Origin: Escherichia phage BUCT789
Length of the DNA: 40,771 nucleotides
Sequence record: PQ999132.1
Reading direction: 5' to 3' (one strand)
Shown here one piece after another: positions 7,835 to 16,230 of the stretch. Position numbers and translations under genes: made by a program. Position 1 is the first letter of the stretch, and every line of letters starts with the position of its first letter. Below the pieces are notes generated by a model. The model made no database searches. It worked only from the letters and a program-made list of their open reading frames with translations, and had not been told where the DNA came from.

Positions 7835-7984
7835 ATGAAAATCACAGATATCGAAGCATTCAAAGACGCACAACTGATGGCACGTATCGCCGTTAGTAAC
7901 CTTAGTAGCAGTATCCCCGCTGACGCGTTCTGGTTCGCAGCGATGCAGACCCTGAAAGCAGCTTATGCAGGAGAGAAGAAATGA
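7835..7984 (+). CDS. small hypothetical protein (49 aa)
   Basis: ATG 7835 after GGAG; ends GEKK with GGAGAGAAGAAATGA junction into the next gene. Confidence 0.45.
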   Translation: MKITDIEAFKDAQLMARIAVSNLSSSIPADAFWFAAMQTLKAAYAGEKK

Positions 7985-8133
7985 GCGAACAAGGTCAGGT
8001 AAGCCAACCGTTACGAGTAGGCCGTAAAGTCAGTCACACCCCGTTCCCTACACGCGAGGAACTGATGAAACGTAACAGTTTCCCTGGGCCGGACAAGAAC
8101 AAGTATCTCAATCGCATGTGGGGAGAGAAGAAA
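7981..8133 (+). CDS. small hypothetical protein (50 aa)
   Basis: ATGA-coupled to neighbours; the same GGAGAGAAGAAATGA junction recurs at its 3' end. Confidence 0.45.
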
Positions 8134-8369
8134 TGACTGACCGTGAATACGAAAAGATGATGGTAGAGGCTGTTAACGGCGGCATAGACATCAGCCACGT
8201 GATGCACGTCCTGAATACTAAAATCGCTGTAGCGGAGCAAATGGTTGAGTCGCTTTATGAGACGCGCCGTGAACTGATTAACCGCTTCAACCTGAACAAA
8301 CCTGCTCCTACTAACGACGATTTTGATGGCGATTACAGAAATGGTGATTTTTATGAGGGAGCAGAATAA
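8130..8369 (+). CDS. acidic hypothetical protein
   Basis: ATG 8130; track ORF 8118..8369 starts at an upstream non-ATG codon. Confidence 0.55.
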   Translation, partial: EMTDREYEKMMVEAVNGGIDISHVMHVLNTKIAVAEQMVESLYETRRELINRFNLNKPAPTNDDFDGDYRNGDFYEGAE

Positions 8370-8608
8370 TGCCTAAAATCACAATCGCATCACTCGAGCG
8401 TCGTATTCTGGTGCTTGAGTCAGAGAAACAGACGTTAGGCGGGCAACTGTCAATTAATGGTGAGTTTCAACTGGAGGCGTTTAAGTTGTTGCTTGATAAG
8501 TTGAAAGCGGACGAAAAGCCTTGCGAGCACGATTACTACCTACATGTGGTTGGTGGATTACATCGGGCCACGTGCATCAAATGCGGTAAAGCGTATGGAG
8601 TCGCCTAA
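8369..8608 (+). CDS. zinc-ribbon protein (CEHDY...CIKCG), paralog of 5524..5883
   Basis: 79 aa; N-terminal coiled-coil-like region then PCEHDYY...CIKCGK. Confidence 0.6.
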   Translation: MPKITIASLERRILVLESEKQTLGGQLSINGEFQLEAFKLLLDKLKADEKPCEHDYYLHVVGGLHRATCIKCGKAYGVA

Positions 8609-8777
8609 GCCGGTAGTTATTGAGGGCGTCCTGTGGAAACCTTACTCGGTTAACCACATCGACGCCGACGGGAAGAAGTTCAGCTTCTACATTTTTGCAA
8701 TTAGCCGGGAGCACGCCGCTTGTGTGGTAGACGATATACGAGAAACGGCGTGGCTTGGTGATGAGATAGTGGGGTGA
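8595..8777 (+). CDS. hypothetical protein
   Basis: Likely ATG at 8595 inside track ORF 8544..8777; overlaps the upstream stop. Confidence 0.45.
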   Translation: MESPKPVVIEGVLWKPYSVNHIDADGKKFSFYIFAISREHAACVVDDIRETAWLGDEIVG

Positions 8778-8781
8778 GGGT

Positions 8782-9063
8782 ATGGCGCGTACTGTTTCCG
8801 CGAGATTCACTGATATTGAATCTGCGATAGAAGAAGCCGTTTACAGTAGATTCTGTAACCCATCTGCGGTGCATAACTACGGGGTTATCATTAAATACGG
8901 CAAGTTTGAAATCAGGAGAGTGCGCGCCGGTCGTCCGCACGAGTTTTTATGGACTACAGAAAGCCTCATCCCTCGATGTCACGTTTACACAAGCGGTGCA
9001 CATACTATTTTTGTAGGCCTGGACAAGAAAGATATTACTGTCACTAAAGGAGAGACAAATTGA
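8782..9063 (+). CDS. hypothetical protein (93 aa)
   Basis: ORF with GGTGAGGG RBS-like sequence upstream. Confidence 0.55.
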   Translation: MARTVSARFTDIESAIEEAVYSRFCNPSAVHNYGVIIKYGKFEIRRVRAGRPHEFLWTTESLIPRCHVYTSGAHTIFVGLDKKDITVTKGETN

Positions 9064-9296
9064 TTACCAGCATCCCTAAACTGATCGAAGAGTACGGCAA
9101 TATGTCTGAGACATGCCGACAAACCGGCATCAGCGAAATGACGATTGCGAAGTACCGCAACGACGTGAACTGCGAGCGACATGTAATTTATAACAACCGT
9201 CTGATGACACACGTTAAGACAAGCCCGGTGTTATTCACGCGCCGTGGTATCACTAAAACAGAGCAACGTATTGCTAAAGAGGAGAGTGGGGAATGA
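9060..9296 (+). CDS. small HTH-like protein (possible regulator)
   Basis: HTH-like stretch SETCRQTGISEMTIAKYRN; TTG start at 9060 or internal ATG at 9102. Confidence 0.45.
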   Translation: MITSIPKLIEEYGNMSETCRQTGISEMTIAKYRNDVNCERHVIYNNRLMTHVKTSPVLFTRRGITKTEQRIAKEESGE

Positions 9297-9589
9297 GTGA
9301 GATGAAACCTTGCAGATGTTGTGGCATTAAACAAAGCCCGGTTGATGAAAAGAACGCTGAATACGAAACACTCGTCAGCTTAGTGCTTCAATGTGGTGAT
9401 GAGAAGCAATTATTGACTCTTATCGACATTATGCGGTCCAAGATAACAACCTGTGTATCGTCGTCTGACCCTAACAAACTGCCGTACCCTGATAAAGAGT
9501 TGTGGCACGTACGAATCATGGTTGATGCTGTTATGATTTTGCAGGATAAGTTATTAACCCGTAGTATGCGAAAGGAGGGCGGGGAATGA
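9293..9589 (+). CDS. hypothetical protein (98 aa)
   Basis: ATGA-coupled to upstream gene; Cys-rich N-terminus (CRCCG). Confidence 0.55.
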   Translation: MSEMKPCRCCGIKQSPVDEKNAEYETLVSLVLQCGDEKQLLTLIDIMRSKITTCVSSSDPNKLPYPDKELWHVRIMVDAVMILQDKLLTRSMRKEGGE

Positions 9590-9691
9590 GACTACTAATC
9601 ATCCCCAACGCATGGGCTATCGCCGTAGCTAACGACCATTACGGCGGCGATGGTAAAAGAGCACCACGACACGGCCTATATAACTGATACA

Positions 9692-9714
9692 AGCCCTCTA
9701 CGGAGGGCTTTTCT
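9692..9714 (+). terminator. rho-independent terminator separating early and morphogenesis blocks
   Basis: agccctc-tacg-gagggct hairpin followed by tttt. Confidence 0.6.
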
Positions 9715-9808
9715 GTACATCCCGCCCAATCCCCTTATATAATCCCTTTAGACGCGTAGGGCGCGTCTGGTGCGCTCTGATGGTCAGACGCATATGCAAG
9801 GGGATTTT

Positions 9809-10354
9809 ATGAAGCTGAAACTCAAGCAGCCATCGCCAGAGGTGGTGCAAGCTGCACATGAAGAAGCTGTTAGCGCAAACCGTCGACGTAATCGACCGCG
9901 TGGCAAACAGAGCCTTTATCAATCATCCCGTAATTCCGCCGCGTTGTGGGACCCGGACTATTGTGACGCGCTAATCGAGTTCTTCGATCGCACGTCATGG
10001 GAACTCGTCCCTACATCTAAGGGTGACGAACGCCCGCTGATTCAGGATAAACCCCCATCACTGGCCCGCTTCGCCTTACATATCGGCGTTACTATCCCGA
10101 TTATTAAGCTGTGGCTGCGTGAGATTCCCGCATTTGCAGAAGCCTGGGAGACCGCACAGGCACTTGAAGAGGCTTATTTCACTGAGACAGGGGCCGCAGG
10201 TATCTCTGCTACGTTCGCTGCGGCTAAGCTGGGCCTCGGCAAAGAGAAACCGGTTGAACCCACCGAAGAAACGGCACCGACTGAGATTATTTTCAGTGTT
10301 GCGGAGCCTGTAGGTAAAATTGTAACAACGAATATGGGCGAGGTAGAGGAATGA
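9809..10354 (+). CDS. terminase small subunit (putative)
   Basis: ATG 9809 with AAGGGG RBS; basic N-terminus; stop overlaps the large-subunit ATG. Confidence 0.6.
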   Translation: MKLKLKQPSPEVVQAAHEEAVSANRRRNRPRGKQSLYQSSRNSAALWDPDYCDALIEFFDRTSWELVPTSKGDERPLIQDKPPSLARFALHIGVTIPIIKLWLREIPAFAEAWETAQALEEAYFTETGAAGISATFAAAKLGLGKEKPVEPTEETAPTEIIFSVAEPVGKIVTTNMGEVEE

Positions 10355-11601
10355 GTATTCAGCTATCCGCACCGCAGGCACTGTTCCTGAATTGTGACAA
10401 TAAATATAAGGCCTATGTCGGCGGCTTCGGCAGTGGCAAGACGTTTGTCGGCTGCCTTGACCTGCTTACGTTTATGCTCAAGCACCCCGGTACGCGCCTT
10501 GGCTACTTCGGCCCGACCTATCCCGCCATCCGTGACATCTTCTACCCGACATTCGAGGAAGCGGCTAACCTGCTCGGCCTTGATGTGCTGGTTAAATCCG
10601 GAGACAAAGAGGTTGTGGTTACTCGCGGTAAGACGGTACTAGGAACTGTTATCTGCCGCTCGATGGATAACCCTGGTTCGATTGTGGGTTTCAAAATCGC
10701 CGCCGCGGTCGTGGATGAGTTGGACGTATTGAGCCGCGAGAAAGCCGAGCTGGCGTGGAACAAAATTGTGGCCCGTATGCGTCTTGTTATCCCCGGCGTA
10801 ATTAACCACATCTCCGTAACCACGACGCCAGAAGGGTTCAAGTTCGTCTACGCCAAGTTCAAAGAGAATCCGACACCGAGTTACTCGATGGTGCAGGCTT
10901 CCACACACGAGAATGCGCGTTTCCTGCCGCCGGATTACATTAGCTCGCTCACCGAGACTTACCCGGCGCAGTTGATTAACGCGTATCTGAACGGTGAGTT
11001 CGTCAACCTTACCTCCGGCAGCGTGTATTACGCATACGACCGCCGTAAGCACCGCAGCAAAGAGACAATTCAACCTGGCGACACGCTGTACATCGGGCAG
11101 GACTTCAACGTTACGAAGAACGCAAGCGCCGTGTATGTGCAGCGTAAAGACGGCTGGCACGCGGTGGCAGAACTGAAAGGCCTGTTCGATACACCGGACA
11201 CCGTGAGAGTGATTACGGAGAAGTGGAAGTCGCAGGGCCACCGCATTGTCGTTTACCCCGACGCCAGCGGCAAGAACCGCAAGACCAACTCGGCATCGAT
11301 CTCAGATATTGCATTACTCCAGCAGGCCGGGTTCGATGTTCGCGCTAAATCCGCCAACCCCCCGGTTAAAGACCGTGTTTTAGCAGTGAATACCGCGCTG
11401 GAAAAAGGTAAGCTGTGGGTTAATGACCACTTATGCCCTGAGATAGCGAAGACGCTGGAGCAGCAGGCATATGATGATAACGGAGAGCCCGCTAAAGACG
11501 GCGTCATTGACCATATGGCGGATGCTCTCGGCTATCCTGTAGTTTACGAGATGCCGGTGGTTAAACCAGTAATCAACATCCCGGTGACTTTCGCACTTTA
11601 A
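10351..11601 (+). CDS. terminase large subunit
   Basis: 416 aa; Walker A GGFGSGKTF near N-terminus; Walker B-like VVDELD; position upstream of portal. Confidence 0.85.
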   Translation: MSIQLSAPQALFLNCDNKYKAYVGGFGSGKTFVGCLDLLTFMLKHPGTRLGYFGPTYPAIRDIFYPTFEEAANLLGLDVLVKSGDKEVVVTRGKTVLGTVICRSMDNPGSIVGFKIAAAVVDELDVLSREKAELAWNKIVARMRLVIPGVINHISVTTTPEGFKFVYAKFKENPTPSYSMVQASTHENARFLPPDYISSLTETYPAQLINAYLNGEFVNLTSGSVYYAYDRRKHRSKETIQPGDTLYIGQDFNVTKNASAVYVQRKDGWHAVAELKGLFDTPDTVRVITEKWKSQGHRIVVYPDASGKNRKTNSASISDIALLQQAGFDVRAKSANPPVKDRVLAVNTALEKGKLWVNDHLCPEIAKTLEQQAYDDNGEPAKDGVIDHMADALGYPVVYEMPVVKPVINIPVTFAL

Positions 11602-11612
11602 GAGGACAACAA

Positions 11613-13106
11613 ATGGTTTCCGCAAACATTAACGCAGGGCAAGGGCAGAACGTTAAAACCCGCCACCGCCAGTACGAAGAGTATTTCCCTAAGTGGCAGA
11701 AGGTGCGACATGCGCTTTCTGGCGACCTGACATCGTATCTACGTGACGTCGGTAAGAATGAGCCGGACCCGGTTTACGGTCGCCAGCGTCAGGCTGAATA
11801 CGAAGCGGGGGCAATTTGCTACAACTTCACCAAGCGAACGCTTTCCGGCATGGTAGGCAGCGTAATGCGCAAAGACCCTGAGATGAATATTCCGTCTCAG
11901 ATGGAATACCTGACAACTAACTGCGATGGGTCTGGTGTCGGCCTGTGGCAGCACGCACAAGATACCCTGTATGAGATTGATGCCGTTGGTCGCGGTGGTT
12001 TGCTGGTGGACGCTCCCGCGGTAGAAGTCGCCACTATGGCGGAGCAAAACGAGGGCTTACTTAACCCGACAATCGCTTTCTACACCGCGGAGAACATCAT
12101 CAACTGGCGTCTTCAGCGCGTCGGTTCGGTCAATCGTGTGGTTATGGTCGTATTGCGCGAAGAATACGAGTACACCGACGGGACTGATGAGTTCAGCCCC
12201 AACTACGGCGAGCAATACCGCGTCCTTGATATTTTCGAAGGCCAGTATCGCCAGCGTCTGTACCGCTTTAACCAGAAAGGCGCACTGGTGGAAGGTGGCT
12301 ATATCGAAATATTCCCGAAACTCGGTAATATTCCGGTCGGGGTGATTCCGTTCACGTTCATCGGCGCGGGAAATAACGACTCAACCCCTGACGATGCCCC
12401 TTTGTTGCCGTTGGCTGAACTTAATATAGGGCACTTCCGTAACAGCGCAGACAATGAGGAGTCCAGCTTCGTTGTAGGCCAGCCAACTCTGTTCATCGCC
12501 CCTGGTGAGAACATGAGCATGGAGCAATGGAAAGAAGCTAACCCCCACGGCGTGCGCATGGGGTCGCGTTCGGGTCATAACATCGGCTACGGCGGCAATG
12601 CGTTTCTGGTCCAGGCAGGAGAGAACAACCTCGCCAAACAGAACATGCTGGATAAAGAGAACCAGGCAATCCAGATTGGTGCACAGCTTATTACCCCGAC
12701 GCAGCAAATCACCGCGGAATCGGCACGCCTGCAACGCGGCGCTGATACGTCTGTTATGGCAACAATCGCACGTAACGTAAGCATGGCGTATACCGATGCG
12801 CTGAAATGGGTTGCGGGGATGCTCGGACTTAGTGACGGTACTGAAATTGAGTTCAAACTGAATATGGAGTTCTTCCTGCAACCTATGACCGCCCAGGACC
12901 GCGCTCAGTGGATGGCGGATATTAACGCGGGCCTGTTACCGGCTACCGCTTACTATGCTGCGTTGCGTAAGGCGGGGGTAACTGACTGGACCGACGAGGA
13001 TATTCAGAATGCTATCGAAGATGCACCTCTGCCGTTAGGTGCTGCTTCTCAGGTAGCAGGAGAGATTCCGCAGTCGGCGCAGCAAAAAGACCCCACCCAG
13101 CAGTAA
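11613..13106 (+). CDS. portal protein
   Basis: 497 aa ORF directly after terminase and before the head morphogenesis gene. Confidence 0.8.
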   Translation: MVSANINAGQGQNVKTRHRQYEEYFPKWQKVRHALSGDLTSYLRDVGKNEPDPVYGRQRQAEYEAGAICYNFTKRTLSGMVGSVMRKDPEMNIPSQMEYLTTNCDGSGVGLWQHAQDTLYEIDAVGRGGLLVDAPAVEVATMAEQNEGLLNPTIAFYTAENIINWRLQRVGSVNRVVMVVLREEYEYTDGTDEFSPNYGEQYRVLDIFEGQYRQRLYRFNQKGALVEGGYIEIFPKLGNIPVGVIPFTFIGAGNNDSTPDDAPLLPLAELNIGHFRNSADNEESSFVVGQPTLFIAPGENMSMEQWKEANPHGVRMGSRSGHNIGYGGNAFLVQAGENNLAKQNMLDKENQAIQIGAQLITPTQQITAESARLQRGADTSVMATIARNVSMAYTDALKWVAGMLGLSDGTEIEFKLNMEFFLQPMTAQDRAQWMADINAGLLPATAYYAALRKAGVTDWTDEDIQNAIEDAPLPLGAASQVAGEIPQSAQQKDPTQQ

Positions 13107-13116
13107 GTTCACATAT

Positions 13117-13136
13117 AGCCCCGAAAGGGGCTTTCT
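13117..13136 (+). terminator. intra-operon hairpin (attenuator-like) after the portal gene
   Basis: gcccc-gaaa-ggggc followed by tttctt. Confidence 0.4.
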
Positions 13137-13142
13137 TATAGT

Positions 13143-14219
13143 ATGCTATTAACTTTAGCGCCACAGGGTTTATCTATGAGCTTACTTACATCACTAATCA
13201 GCCACCAGATATGGCTGCAACGCACCGCTTCCGGTGAGGTGAAAGACCTCGCGCCGTTCATTCAGGAAATGCGGGACGAAATCAAACGGCAGGTTCTGCT
13301 ATTCGGCGACGACGGGCGAAGCACTGCGCGACTGAATAGACTGTTACGCGACCTCGAAGAAGCACTGGCAGGACTTACAGGCGACTGGCAAACAAAGCTG
13401 ACAGAAGACCTTAAGGCGCTGGCGGCGTATGAGGCTGAGTGGAACGTAAAAACGCTGACGGCTAACGTTAACGCTGAATTTGTTACACCTACCGCCGAGC
13501 AGGTGTGGTCCGCTGCCGAGTTTCAGCCATTATCATTAAGTGATAAGCCGGTTGACTTCACTAAGCTGATGGATGGCTGGGGTGAAACAGAAGTATCGCG
13601 CCTGGTAACCGGCGTTAAGATGGGCTTTGTACAAGGCCAGACAACACGGCAGATTGTTAAGAATGTCGTTGGCGCTGGTGGGCTGGCGGACATCTCTGAG
13701 CGTAACGCGGCTACGGTAATCCGCACTGCGCTGTCTCACGTATCCAACGAAGCCCGTAACGAGACGTACCGCCAGAACGACGACATCATCGAGAAGTACG
13801 AGTGGGTGTCGACGCTGGACAGCCGTACCAGTACGATTTGCAGGGCCAGAGACGGAATGACGTGGGAAATCGGTAAAGGGCCAATGCCCCCCGCCCATCC
13901 GAACTGCCGGTCGTGTACGGCTCCGGTAATAAGTTCCGAGTTCGACTTCCTCGATAAAGGAGCGAAACGCGCGGCTAAGGGTGCAGAAGGAGGAACTCAG
14001 GTAAGCGCGGACACAACCTATTACGAGTTCCTCAGACAACAACCGGCGTGGTTTCAGGACCAGGCGCTCGGCCCTGTTCGCGGTAAGATTTTCCGTAACA
14101 GCGGTATATCGCCGGAAGAGTTTCGCGTAATATCTGTAGATGGTTTCGGGAATCCGCTCACGCTTAAGCAGATGGCGGAACTCGATAAACGTGTTGCTGA
14201 TTATCTGAAAGGGGATTAA
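13143..14219 (+). CDS. head morphogenesis protein (Mu F / SPP1 gp7-like minor head protein)
   Basis: 358 aa; conserved-looking region CRARDGMTWEIGKGPMPPAHPNCRSC; position after portal. Confidence 0.75.
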   Translation: MLLTLAPQGLSMSLLTSLISHQIWLQRTASGEVKDLAPFIQEMRDEIKRQVLLFGDDGRSTARLNRLLRDLEEALAGLTGDWQTKLTEDLKALAAYEAEWNVKTLTANVNAEFVTPTAEQVWSAAEFQPLSLSDKPVDFTKLMDGWGETEVSRLVTGVKMGFVQGQTTRQIVKNVVGAGGLADISERNAATVIRTALSHVSNEARNETYRQNDDIIEKYEWVSTLDSRTSTICRARDGMTWEIGKGPMPPAHPNCRSCTAPVISSEFDFLDKGAKRAAKGAEGGTQVSADTTYYEFLRQQPAWFQDQALGPVRGKIFRNSGISPEEFRVISVDGFGNPLTLKQMAELDKRVADYLKGD

Positions 14220-14680
14220 TGATGGGCTTTTTCAAAGTAACTGATGTACCTTCACGTCGCGTAGTCCAGTACGCCCGCGTGTCTGGCTCTGGTGAGAACG
14301 TGGTGTTTATTGATGATGAAAGTGTACTCGGTACACCCGTAGACGATATGCCGTTTGCAGATAAAACCGGTATTGCGTTACCCGCGGCGGGCATGCTTTA
14401 TGAAATTCCGTATCTGGCTGATGCTGGCGATGTGTATTTCTCGGTGCAACCGCAGGACGCTGAACTGGCAGACGGCAGCGCCACTATCACTGTCGAGGTT
14501 AAGGCGGGCAAAGCACCATACGCGCTGACCTGGTACAAAGACGGTAAGGAAGTGGTAAACGCCCCAGAAGAGGCTTTGTCTCTGACTGTTAATGCGGTGG
14601 GTGAATACTTCGTTAAAGTTACCGATGCCGATGGTGTAGAGGCGGTAAGCAAAGCGGCGAAGGTTAATAAGCCAGAATAA
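14219..14680 (+). CDS. hypothetical protein with Ig-like C-terminal region (possible capsid decoration)
   Basis: 153 aa; C-terminal TITVEVKAGKAPYALTWYKDGKEV...YFVKVTDADG; TAATG overlap with upstream gene. Confidence 0.55.
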   Translation: MMGFFKVTDVPSRRVVQYARVSGSGENVVFIDDESVLGTPVDDMPFADKTGIALPAAGMLYEIPYLADAGDVYFSVQPQDAELADGSATITVEVKAGKAPYALTWYKDGKEVVNAPEEALSLTVNAVGEYFVKVTDADGVEAVSKAAKVNKPE

Positions 14681-14686
14681 ACTGAA

Positions 14687-14705
14687 GCCCCGAAAGGGGC
14701 TTTTT
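14687..14705 (+). terminator. rho-independent terminator
   Basis: gcccc-gaaa-ggggc followed by ttttt. Confidence 0.65.
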
Positions 14706-14755
14706 AGCGCCTGCGATTATTCCAGTTATTCCACCGAATTGTAAATGTTGGAATA

Positions 14756-14771
14756 AACTATTCGAATAGTT
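14756..14771. promoter_or_regulatory. perfect 16-bp palindrome AACTATTCGAATAGTT overlapping a -35 element (operator candidate)
   Basis: Exact inverted repeat; shares the ACTATTC core found at the TACTAT promoters. Confidence 0.45.
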
Positions 14772-14798
14772 GACTTTTCACTGAAAATGTGCTAAGCT
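14770..14798 (+). promoter_or_regulatory. sigma70-like promoter, TTGACT-N17-TAAGCT
   Basis: TTGACT 14770-14775, 17-nt spacer, TAAGCT 14793-14798. Confidence 0.45.
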
Positions 14799-14804
14799 CC
14801 ACCT

Positions 14805-15005
14805 GAGCTTGTGAAGTATGAACAAGCGACCGCGGCGCGGGCAGGTAACGGAGCGGGACGTAAGTCCTGAGTGTAGTTACGCTGACGCGTTCGGAAGGGC
14901 CATACTCTATTGCTTGTGTAAAAAGTAACTGGTTTACTGAGATTACGCCGTTTCTATGTTTAAATGATAAGGACTAGCGCCCCGCTTTATGGCGGGGCTT
15001 TACTT
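14805..15005 (+). ncRNA. candidate non-coding RNA (about 200 nt) between promoter and terminator
   Basis: Only a 36-codon ORF without convincing RBS; GC-rich self-complementary stretches; ends in terminator hairpin 14979-15005. Confidence 0.3.
14979..15005 (+). terminator. terminator-like hairpin
   Basis: gccccgc-tttatg-gcggggc followed by tttactt. Confidence 0.45.
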
Positions 15006-15022
15006 ATCGAGAAAGGAGAAAC

Positions 15023-15409
15023 ATGAATCTTAAAGCAACTGTCGTAGCAGGAGCATGTTTCATCATCCTGTTATACACGCACGGCTACTATCAATACCGC
15101 AGCGGCTGGAACGGAGGCAGGGCTAATCTAGTTTCGCAGCAACAGCAGAAAGCACAGGCTGAGTTAGCGAAGAAAACACAACGGCAGCAGCAGGACGAAT
15201 CAAAGGCCGCCGCCGCTGACAGCGAAGGCAAGACGAAATCAGAGGTGATTACCCGTGAAGTCGTTAAGTACATTAAAACGCCTGGCCGCAGCGTGTGCAC
15301 TTTCGACGATGCTCGCGTCCTGCTCAAGTCCCGCGCCGTCGCAAACGCCAATTCCATCCCCGGATACGACGATGATGCAGCCGCCATGCAAACTGGCCGC
15401 GCCAAGTAG
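15023..15409 (+). CDS. Rz: Rz-like i-spanin
   Basis: 128 aa; AAGGAG RBS; N-terminal TMD then Q/A/K-rich coiled-coil region; contains the Rz1 gene in the +1 frame. Confidence 0.75.
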   Translation: MNLKATVVAGACFIILLYTHGYYQYRSGWNGGRANLVSQQQQKAQAELAKKTQRQQQDESKAAAADSEGKTKSEVITREVVKYIKTPGRSVCTFDDARVLLKSRAVANANSIPGYDDDAAAMQTGRAK

Positions 15410-15518
15410 CGATGCCGATGAGGATTTAGCCATTGACGTTCAGAACACAGAATGTGTACGGCAACTGCGTCTGAAAGTGTTCATGTTGCAGGATTACGTG
15501 AGGAATATTCTGGAATAG
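15255..15518 (+). CDS. Rz1: Rz1-like o-spanin (outer-membrane lipoprotein)
   Basis: GTG start with GAGGTGA RBS; signal peptide with lipobox LASC; Pro-rich mature part; begins inside Rz and extends past its stop. Confidence 0.7.
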   Translation: MKSLSTLKRLAAACALSTMLASCSSPAPSQTPIPSPDTTMMQPPCKLAAPSSDADEDLAIDVQNTECVRQLRLKVFMLQDYVRNILE

Positions 15519-15597
15519 TTGCCTTGTATGTTGGAATAATTTATTCTTGACATGTAAATCCGGGTGGCCCGGATTCCAACGTCCAGGGGACATACTG

Positions 15598-16224
15598 ATG
15601 AGCGAAGAAGTGAAAGACGAAACTATCGAACAACAAGAGACTAAGACCACGTTTACCAAAGAAGAAGTTGACGCGCTGGTATCCGGTCTTAAAGCTAACA
15701 ACGAGAAACTCTTGTCTGAAAAGAAAGCTGCTGCCGCTGCCGCTAAAGAAGCCGCAGATGCGAAGCTGAAAGCCGAACAGGAACGCGCAAAACAGAACGG
15801 CGAACTTGAGGCATTCGAGAAAACGTTGCGCAGTCAGTATGAGCCAGTACTCGCCGAGAAAGACGGTAAGATTAGCAAAATGGCTGAGCGTATCCTCGGC
15901 GCAGAACGTAAATCAGTTATCAGCCAGTTGTCTGGCATGTTGATTGATGAGAGCGCAGCGGATATCATCGCTATGATGGTCAAGACCGAATTTGACGGCG
16001 ATGACGTTGTGACCAAGTTCACAGGTGCAGACGGTAATGTCATCACCACCGACGCAGAGCAATTTAAAAAGTATCTGCGTGAGCACAAAGCATTTTCGCA
16101 TCTGATTAAAGCAGATGCAGCAACCGGCGGCGGGGCTTCCGGTAACAAAAATTCTACTGGCGGGGCCGGTGGTGCGGACGTAATCCAGCAAAAACTTAAC
16201 GCCAAATACGGCAAACGAGGGTAA
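15598..16224 (+). CDS. scaffolding protein (putative)
   Basis: ATG 15598; A/K/E-rich coiled-coil sequence; directly upstream of the major capsid gene. Confidence 0.6.
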   Translation: MSEEVKDETIEQQETKTTFTKEEVDALVSGLKANNEKLLSEKKAAAAAAKEAADAKLKAEQERAKQNGELEAFEKTLRSQYEPVLAEKDGKISKMAERILGAERKSVISQLSGMLIDESAADIIAMMVKTEFDGDDVVTKFTGADGNVITTDAEQFKKYLREHKAFSHLIKADAATGGGASGNKNSTGGAGGADVIQQKLNAKYGKRG

Positions 16225-16230
16225 CAGAAT

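Noticed and set aside
10639-12881. Minus-strand ORFs (200 aa, 166 aa, 102 aa) inside the terminase large subunit and portal genes
   Set aside because: Antisense to strongly supported structural genes; no translation signals.
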